Below, piece after piece: positions 52,762 through 62,000 of a stretch of DNA of 64,000 nt. Below the pieces are notes generated by a model. That model saw nothing but the letters and a program-made list of their open reading frames with translations. It was not told where the DNA came from and did no database searches. Both the position numbers and the translations under genes were made by a program. Source of the DNA: Azolla caroliniana (lineage: Eukaryota; Plantae; Polypodiophyta); assembly GCA_043228905.1 (NCBI GenBank), contig JBHGNT010000001.1, forward strand, positions 17,918,001-17,982,000, in the 5' to 3' direction. The stretch's first letter is position 1. Each line of letters opens with the position of its first letter.

Positions 52762-55700
52762 CAGAACATAAAACTCTATTCTAAAATAATAATCCTCTGT
52801 GTATATAGAATGTGCTCAAAGAGCACTTTTATACAAGTCCATAAAGGATTGACAGAAGTATTGACAGGTACTTCAATGCTCATACGAGCGACTCTCACTG
52901 ACTCCCAAAATATGCCTACGTACTAGGCTGGATCCGTAGCCCTCTAACAGCCTACCGATTTCAATCCAATCCATCTCTCTGATCCGGCTCCTGGTTCCGG
53001 ATATCATCCAAACACTGATCTAGTTCTCCGTTCCGGATACCGATCCGGCTCTGGTTTATTCAGCCGATCTGGATCCGGTTGATCTTGCTCGCTCAACACT
53101 TCCCCCTCAAGCTCAACTTTAGGTCGGATCGTGGTGTCAGTGTCTACAGTAACCACTTCTTCCGTCCAACTCCTTCTGGCGTCCTCCCGCCTTGCTCCCG
53201 CTCCTCATCTGGTCCGGTTCTGCACCTCGACCTCCTTGGTCGACTTGTTTACTTAGCAGGCCCACTTGAGCTCCTTCGTTGCTATGACTACGGCACTTGT
53301 CGACCCATAGGTTCCTCTATGTTGGTGTTGACTTCTGTTGCCTTCTTCTCTGCTTGGCCTTTAGTTGATTCGGCTCTTCCGAATCCAACTGTTGAACCGA
53401 ATCGGCGTCCTCTGATTCGGTCAAGCTCTTGTCCGAGTTGGTAGTCTCCAACTCGTCTTCCATTTTTAGGCCTTTCACCACATTGGACCACATCCAGATC
53501 TTCGCCTTCTTCCGATCAGCTCTGTCCTTCTTGACTCTGCCGCTTGCTCCGACTTGTTCAGATGTGCCGACTCCTTTGGTTGGCTCGGCGTCCTTTATCT
53601 GCTCATCTCCCCCCTTCATTCTTTCTTCCTCTCCATCTCCTTGTCCAGTGCCATCCGTTCCAGTTTCTGTCCTCCCCCTCAAGTGCTAAATGTCGAGCAT
53701 CTCCGAAAAATGTTGCAACTTGTCCGATCTAAGCGGCTTGGTGAAGATGTCGGCAACCTATCGATCCGTGTGAACATACTGAAGTTCAACTTCACCGCTC
53801 AGAACTGGCTCACGAACAAAGTGATAATGCATTTCTAGGTGCTTTGTCCAAGCATGGAATACAGGGCTCTTGGCGAGCTGTATGATGCTTACATTGTCAT
53901 AGTAAATCAGGATCGGGGTCGACACCTCGATTCGGAGGTCTCGCAGCAGTCGTCGAAGCTAGATGGCTTCACAGGTGGCAATGGTAGCGCCTCGGTGCTC
54001 GTTACAGCCATTGTTGACTGTTTTTTGCTGCTCCATGCAACAACCGCGCTACCAAAAGAAAACATGTAACCGGAGGTGGATCGGCGATCCGATGCATCAC
54101 CAGCCCAGTCAGCATCGGTATATCCGACCAAATTCCCAGCTACACCATGTCAGTATAGCAGTTCCCGGTCCTTCGTGCCGCTCACATATCGGAATAGTCG
54201 ATGCGTGCACTAAAGGTGCTCCACGGTCGACTTTTGCATAAACTAGTTGATCACCCCGACTGGATAACTGATGTTGGGTTGGGTGATCGTTAAGTATATA
54301 AGGCTTCCGACAATTTGTCGGAACGGTGTCTCATCGTAGGTCGGGCTGGAGTTGGGATGTAGCTTCAAGTTCCGGTCCAAGGGTGTGGAGATCGATCGGC
54401 ATTCCGTAATGCCAAACTTGTACAACATATTTAGCACATAGTGTCTTTGTGAGAGCAATATGGCATCGGGTGTCCAGATTACTTCGATCCCAAGAAAATA
54501 ATGAAGGTCCCCCAGGTCCTTCATTTCAAATGTGTCCAACAACTAGGACTTCACTTTGCCGATTTCATCTAGTCTGGGTCCGGTGATGACTAAATCATCA
54601 ACATATAGTAGGATACAAACCAGACGTTCTAGACCTTTCCGGATGAACAGTGATGAGTCAGAGTTTGAGGTTGCAAACCTAATCTTACGCAACCAATGCG
54701 TGATCTTCGCAATCCAAGCTCGGGGGGCTTGCTTCAAACCGTAAATCGACTTCTTGACTCAGCATACTGGCAACTTGTTCATCTCCGATTGGAATCCAGG
54801 GGGTTGGATTATATAGACCCGTTCTTCAAGGTCACCTTGAAGAAATGCATTCTTCACGTCCATTTGGTGAAGATGCCATCCCCTAGCTGCAGCAACAACC
54901 GTCATCATCGTCACTACCGGAGCAAAGGTCTTGTCGTAGTCCATTCTGTGGGTCTATGCGTATCCCTTCACCACGAAACAGGCCTTGTACCGGTTGACCG
55001 AACCATCTGCATTGTACTTCACCTTATATACCCATTTGCAACCGGTCGGTTTACACTGTCGAGGAGGGTCAACAAGGTCCTATGCGTCATTGGCATCAAG
55101 TGCCCGCATTTCTTCCTCCATAGCAGCACGCCAATTTGCGTCTTTTGCTGCTTCTACGTAGCTCTCCGGCTCACGCACTCCGCCACCTTAGTCATGTACG
55201 CATAGTGATGCACCATGTACTCATTTTATCCGTACCTCTGGATGGGGTTCTTCTGGCAAATTGAGCGGAGTAACTTTTTGTTAGCCAGTTTGAGGCCCTT
55301 CTTGGCCAGTTCGGACTGCCTTTCTGAAGATCCGCCTTCATCCTTTCCAGGGTCAGATTCTTTCAGATCTAACCCTTCACTACCGGTATCGTATTCCGGC
55401 ATTTTCTTCTTCCCCTTCTCTTTGCACGTGAACCATCTCCTCAGTTCCTTGCGCGGGGAGAGCACGACAGAGTCTCCACTACTCGTTGGTTCTTCATCCG
55501 ACTGGTCATCCCAACTCAGCCGCTCATTCAGTCCACTTAGCCAGAATGAGATCGGACTCTCATCTAGAGTACCGAATCCTTCATCTTCTTCTTGAACCTC
55601 TCCGGGTTCACTAGCCTCATCCTCCGAAATCAGGTCTTCGTTGGGAGTTGGAGTCGGTAGGGAGTACCATGATGCCGACTCATCAAACTCGACATCTCGA

Positions 55701-57132
55701 CTTACTCGTACCTGTTTAGTCCGGGCGTTATAACACTTATACCCCTTTTGTTCATGTGAGTAACCGACGAGTATGCAGTTCTCCGATTTCAGATCCAACG
55801 TCCTCCGCTTCTCATCCGGTACATGCACATATGTTATGCTACCAAATATCCGAAGTTGTCTCAAATTTGGCTTCCGCCTGAAATACAGTTCATGTGTTGA
55901 CACCTCATCCCCGATCTGGTTTTGGATGTAGAATTTGGGCATGCTCTTCTTCTCCAGCATTGCTATTGTTGGGTGGGGGGGTGAAGCCTAGAATGCCCTC
56001 ATCCCCCTCCCAAGGGGGTTACGTGGGAGGAAACGAGAGTAAGAGAGAAATAAACATGACACAGAAAATGAGAGGGAAAAATGTGTCTTCATTACATACC
56101 CCATAAAGGTTTTATATAGTACATAGTGTAACGGCTAATAATATGACCGTTACAAAAAGAAGACCATTACATGCTTGTCACTTGCACATAATTGTACATG
56201 TGTTTACACAAATATTTATACTCATTCACACTCTTCTACATTACACAACAGAACAACCCCCTTAACGTGTTTTACCCTTATACTGCCCCATACAACTCCT
56301 ACGGTTAACACATGGCACGCATGTGGGACAGTGCATCGTACGGTAAACCCACTCACCATGGCAACTATTAACGATCGGAACTCCATCGGTCGTCTCAACG
56401 GTCGGAAATCCATCAACCGGATCATAGCTCTATGATTGATAACTTCGATCGGAGCATTGCTTGACTCGAACCTTCTCGTTCAGTCAGCATGTCGCTCAAT
56501 TGGATCACACACCAATTAGCTCATCCATTGCGACATGGGTCTTTCATGATTCTGTTACATGTATGTGTATTTTTCGGTTTCATCATGTGAATTGAACTTT
56601 GTATTTTGTACCCTTGGTCTCTAAAATTTTTACCCTCAAGTTTTTTGAAATTTTATTTTCGGCCCTTGAGTTTTCGAAATTTCATCTTCTCAGCCCTTAT
56701 GTTTCTAAATTTTCTCTTCATACCCCTCTTCTCTTTCTTCATTTCCTTCTGTTCTCCTCTTTTCTCTTTTCTTCTTGTGTGTTGTTCTCCTCTTCTGCTT
56801 CTTCTTCCTCCTCTTCCTCTTTTCCTCTTCACCCTTACTACTTCTCCTTCCTCTCCTTCTGTCTTGCTCTTCGTTCGGCCGTTTCTATGTCCATGGCCAT
56901 CTGTCACCATCTGTCCGGCTGGCTGTCGAACGTCGGCTCGGCGGTTGTCCATCCCTTTGTCTAACCAACTAGTGGTCCCTCTGTTCAGTTGTCTATGCCG
57001 GTTAGGTGTGGTTGTTTGTCCACCGGTTGTTCGTTCTGGCTCCCGTTTGTCGTCTGCTGACTGCCTATTCGGCTGGTCGCTATCGTCGGTTGCCGGACCA
57101 ACTGTCCGGCTGACTCTACCGTCGCCATCCGC

Positions 57133-57562
57133 GGACAGTAACAACATTCTTGACACTCCCCCCAACAAAAGCTTTCAGCAATCTCCTTCATCTTTATCAA
57201 TACCATGGAAGATATCTCCTTTTGCCACACATTGTTTCTCTTCACGTTTGTACTAGACCACTATCATTGGTTTATCTCCAGGCCCTGATAGTACCTTGAA
57301 TGGCCATAGCTTCACATCAATCTGAACTGATGCATCTGAGAATCTCCTCTGAATAAGACATTTGGATCGAAAACTATGTTGATAGGATTCATGGTCACCT
57401 GGTTCTTAGCGGCATCACCAATTATGCCTCTTAGTATTGGTGAAGGCGACATAGGAACGAGTGGTTTGATTCCCTTGATCGTGGCAATGATCTCCACACG
57501 ATCATGTTGTCACACTCCCACAGGTAGACTATGACTATTGGACCATCTTTATTGGTAGTCAT
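57133..57562 (-). pseudogene. HSP70: Captured N-terminal fragment of cytosolic Hsp70 (intron-free, frameshifted)
   Basis: Across frameshifts: VGV*QHDRVEIIA-DQGNQTTRSYVAFT..IGDAAKNQVTMNPINIVFD..RRFSDASVQIDVKLWPFKVLSGPGDKPMIVV*YKREEKQ..EISSMVLIKMKEIAESF. Confidence 0.93.
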
Positions 57563-57719
57563 AGGAGGATTGCAAACACGAAAACTAGAGAATGGAATGT
57601 AGGGCACTCTTCTTTGAGTGAGAGAGAGAGGGATAGTGATGGAAGCTCATAGATATATCAGAAAGACAAGGCGGAAGAAAGAGGTGACTCCATATGTCAC
57701 TCAATGGTGAAAAAATGAC

Positions 57720-57785
57720 CTCCTTATTGAGTAGCCTGCAACGAACAAGAACTTGCACATTGAAGCCTTCCTCTTTGTCTCTAAA
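57720..57785 (-). pseudogene. Captured fragment of the start of a kinesin-5 (BimC family) motor domain
   Basis: RDKEEGFNVQVLVRCRLLNKE vs plant kinesin-5 DKEKGVNVQVLLRCRP; only ~21 codons. Confidence 0.65.
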
Positions 57786-58193
57786 GTTAGGGGTAGATCG
57801 AGGTCCCAATGCAAGAGACAAGACTTCTAGGCAAGAGAACGATATGAGATGGAGAAGCCATGGTGATGGCAAGGAAAATATGATAGCAGTTTGGGGAAGA
57901 AAACCACATGATGTTTGTGACTTGGCTATGGAGGATGAATCTTTGAGACTCTAGATCCCTTCTTCTGATCTTGTGATTGTTGTAGCTATATCATAAGAGA
58001 CAGATCACTATGATCTCCCCATACAATCAGTGCTTCTGCCTCGGTGTACTTTTTCTGTCTTGAAGGCCGAAGGCTTTTCTTCCAAATATAAAATAAGAAC
58101 AACGATGAGGATGAGGAAGATAGAGAGAAAAGTATTGTCCTCTGTTACAATAGTAGTACTAGTGGTAGTGCCACCATAGCCAAAGAGCTTATT

Positions 58194-58200
<7 letters not shown>

Positions 58201-58244
<44 letters not shown>
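58201..58244. repeat. (GA)22 microsatellite
   Basis: Directly visible; lies in the leader of element L. Confidence 0.97.
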
Positions 58245-58247
<3 letters not shown>

Positions 58248-59004
58248 CTTCTCAAGGGAGGTTTGTCGTTTGAGTGTGCCAAAAGTGTTGTTGGGTGGGG
58301 GGTGAAGCCTAGAATGCCCTCATCCCCCTCCCAAGGGGGTTACGTGGGAGGAAACAAGAGTAAGAGAGAAATAAACATGACACAGAAAATGAGAGGGAAA
58401 AATGTCTCTTCATTACATACCCCATAAAGGGTTTATATAGTACATAGTGTAACGGCTAATAATATGACCATTACAAAAAGAAGGCCATTACATGCTTGTC
58501 ACATGCACATAATTATGCATGTGTTTACACAAATATTTATCCTCATTCACACTCTTCTACATTACACAACAAAACAACCCCTTTAATGTGTTTTACCCTT
58601 ATACTGCCCCATACAACTCCTACAGGCAACAATTGCCCTTGCCGCATCGACAATCGACCGGTTCTTTCTTTCGGCCACACTGTTTGTTCCGGTGTATATC
58701 GGCAGCTGAATTCTCTCTTAATTCCTTTTTGCCGCAGATAACTTTTGAATTGGCCGAAAAAGTATTCTCTTCCACCATCCAACCGCAGGCACTTGATCTT
58801 CCTCTCTATTTCCCTTTCAACTAAGCTTTAAAGGTTCCGGAAACAGTCGAAGACTTCGTTTTTCTTCTCGATGAGGTAGATCCACATGTGCCGGCTGTAA
58901 TCGTCGATGAAGAGGACGAAATACCGACTCCCGTCAAGACTAACGTTCTGTGTTGGTCCCCATACATCCGAATGGATTAGATCGAGCTTGTTACGGTTCC
59001 GGTT

Positions 59005-62000
59005 TGTTGGGATTACGGTCCCTTCGGATGGGATGGTCGGATCCGGTTTCGGTTTCGGATCCGGATGACGAAGACCCCGGTTTCGGCACCGGATGACGAA
59101 TGTACCCGGAGAGCGATCCGGATGCAGGGACATATCCGTGAATATGTTCGCTATGGGCCCCTGAGGCTACAGTTGTAAATAGCCCAAAGTCATATAAGTA
59201 TAAATATGACTTAGGGCAAACAGTTTTATAGCTGCTGATCTTTTTCTGTTTTTCCACTTTAGAGGAGTGAAGAGAGAAAGCAGCCGTGAGAGAGAGAGAG
59301 AGAGAGAGATAGAGCGCGAGAGAGGAAGAGGTAGACGCCTCTGTGTATTTCCGCCGCCTGTGGCGAGGACAGCGAGCTCAAGGTCGTCGCCTTGCAGCTC
59401 GCCATTGTATACTTCTCTGTATAGTGTTGGTTTGGAGTCTCGTACTCCCGTGGTTTTTCCCATCTAGGGTTTTCCACGTTAATCCCTGTGTAAACGCGTC
59501 TCGTGTATTTCTTCTTTTGGTTCCTATTTTCTGCTCCATTGATCCGCGATTACTCGGTTGTGGCCGAGGGAAGAAGGTGAATCCAAGCGGTGATTCCCAA
59601 CAATCTGGTATCAGAGCGACTGTTGCAGAAAATGGAAGGCGGCGGCAGCGGGCAGCCGGGGATGATGGTGCTGAACGCGCAGAATTACGCCGATTGGAAG
59701 ATCAAGATGGAGGACCTTCTGATCGTTCGGGACCTGTATGAACCGATTGATAGGTCGGAAATACCGAAAGGGGTACTTGAGTCGGAGTGGAAGCTCCTGA
59801 ACCGGAAAGCCGTAGCGACGATCCGACAATATGTCGATGTAAGCGTCCTACAACATGTGGCGAACGACACCAACGCATATGAGATGTGGAAGAAGCTGTC
59901 GGGCCTCTACGAGAGGAAGAATGCGTTGAACCGGACCTCCCTGATGAGGAAGATAGTAAATCTCAAGTACCGGGACGGCGAGAGTATGGTGGAACACGTA
60001 AGCACGTTCATGGGATTCGTGAATCAGCTTGCGGCGATCAAGTTCCCGTTGGAGGATGCAATGCAAGCCATCATCCTGATGTGTACATTGCCGGATAGCT
60101 GGGAGAACTTGGTGGTGACTCTCAGCACCTCCTGCACCGAAGACAACCTGTCCTTACAAACGGTAAAGACAAGTATTTTGAACGAAGAAGCGCGTCGGAG
60201 AGATAAAGAACCGGCCTCCGACTCGAAGGCGCTGCTTACCGAATCGGATCGGCGAAGACAATGGAACCGGAGTCCGCAAAGACGAGAGAAGTCGGGGACC
60301 CGGTCGCGGTCAAGAGGAAGGCCCACATGCTTCCACTGTGGGAAGCCGGGGCACTTCCGAAAGAATTGTCGGCATTACCGAAAAGACAACGGAGCCGACG
60401 ACACCGATTCGAAGAAGTCACCGGAGAGAAACGATGCATACCGGGGAGCCACGGACCGGAGAGGTTCGGATCGGCGAGGGCAGGACCGGAAAGGAACAAC
60501 GGCACTCGCGGCAAGTGAGGAAGAAATCATGCTCATCACCGAAGAAGGTGAACTAAACATTGCCGGCGATGAGACGACCTGGGTGGTCGATTCCGGAGCA
60601 TCGTTCCACCTGACCCCGGAGAGAAGATACTTCTCATCCTACACAGCCGGTGAGCATGGCTGTGTTCGGATGGGAAACGAAGGTACGTGCCGAATTGCCG
60701 GCATAGGAGATGTGTGGTTGACAACCCCGACCGGATGTAAAATGCTGCTGAAGAATGTCCGACACGTTCCGGAGGTCCGACTGAACCTGATTTCGGCCGG
60801 GAGGCTAGATGATGAAGGCTACACGGGTAGCATCCAGAACGGCGTAATGAAGTTCAGCAAGGGGAGCCTGATAGTGGCTCGGGCCCGGAAAGACAACACA
60901 CTGTACCTGATGAATGCCCGGTTATGTCCGGAAGAGCTGAATGTGGCAGCCGACACTGCCGGTGAGCTGTGGCACAAAAGACTGTGCCACATGAGTGAGA
61001 AGGGGATGAAGAGGCTTGCAGAAGAAAACCTTATTCCAGTGAAGCATGTGCACCTGGAGAAGTGCACCGATTGCCTGGCCGGTAAGCAGAACCGAACCTC
61101 CTTCCACTCAAGGCCACCGACGAGACGTAGCGCACCATTGGAGTTGGTGCACACCGATGTGTGTCAGGTAGAAACGAAGTCACATGGCGGAGCCCAGTAC
61201 TTCGTAACTTTCATAGATGATCATAGCCGAAGACTGTGGACGGCACCGATGAAGACAAAGGACCAAGTGTTGTCCGTCTTCAAAGAACTCCACGCGAGAG
61301 TGGAAAGGGAATCCGGCAAGAAGCTGAAAGCGATACGAGCGGATAACGGAGGGGAATACCGGGGGCAGTTCCAGGAGTACTGTCGCTCGAAGGGAATCCG
61401 ACTCGAGTTTACTGTGCCGAAGACGCCGGAACTGAACGGGCTGGCCGAGAGGATGAACCGGACCATAATGGAGAGGGTCCGGAGTATGCTGGCACATGCG
61501 AAATTACCCAAGGGATTTTGGGCTGAGGCAATGTCGACGGCGACATATGTGATAAACAGATCACCCTCAGTACCTTTGGACGGAGACACGCCGCAGAGAG
61601 TGTGGACTGGAAGGGAAGTATCCTACCGGCATCTGAAGGTGTTCGGGTGTCTCGCATACGTGCATGTGGCAAAGGACCGGAGAGGAAAGCTAGATCCAAA
61701 GACCCGGCCATGCATATTCCTCGGTTACGGCGACGACGAGTTCGGCTACCGAGTATGGGACCCGGTTGACAAGAAGATATTCCGGAGTCGTGATATCATC
61801 TTCATGGAGAACAAGACACTCGCCGACTGGGAGTCGGAGAAGAAGATGAAGAGCTCCAAGTCGACCGGTGAGGATCAACTCTACGGGGAGCAGTCCCGAC
61901 CGGCAAGGGACCGGTTAGCACTCGAGGATCCGGCCGAAGACGGTGAAGAAACAGAACCGGCCGAAGAAGATGAAAATGATACCGGAACCGGCCCCGATCC

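Larger units (their letters stand above)
55964..58631 (-). mobile_element. Element L: non-autonomous LTR element (LTRs 55964-56310 and 58286-58631) carrying host gene fragments; TSD ATTGC
   Basis: ~347-bp direct repeats; ATTGC at 55959-55963 and 58632-58636; TATA box (CTATATAAA) and CT-rich leader on the minus strand; no gag/pol motifs. Confidence 0.9.
52618..59004 (-). mobile_element. Element K: B-type Copia (3' LTR 52618-53098; RH, RT, IN), interrupted by L and by the young Tork element
   Basis: PPT at 53099-53112; VGYTDADWAGD, ILLYVDDLV, HQMDVKNAFLQG; IN frame resumes at 58637; LDLIHSDVWG up to 59004. Confidence 0.9.

Noticed and set aside
56606-57256. Long ORFs within element L
   Set aside because: Produced by CT/GA low-complexity sequence; the real signal is the frameshifted Hsp70 piece.
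57133-57562. Functional host Hsp70 gene
   Set aside because: Only the N-terminal fifth is present, with stops and frameshifts, enclosed by LTRs and a TSD.
59590-59631. ORF-track start for the Copia polyprotein
   Set aside because: GTG start inside the LTR, running through the PBS; the first ATG is at 59632.
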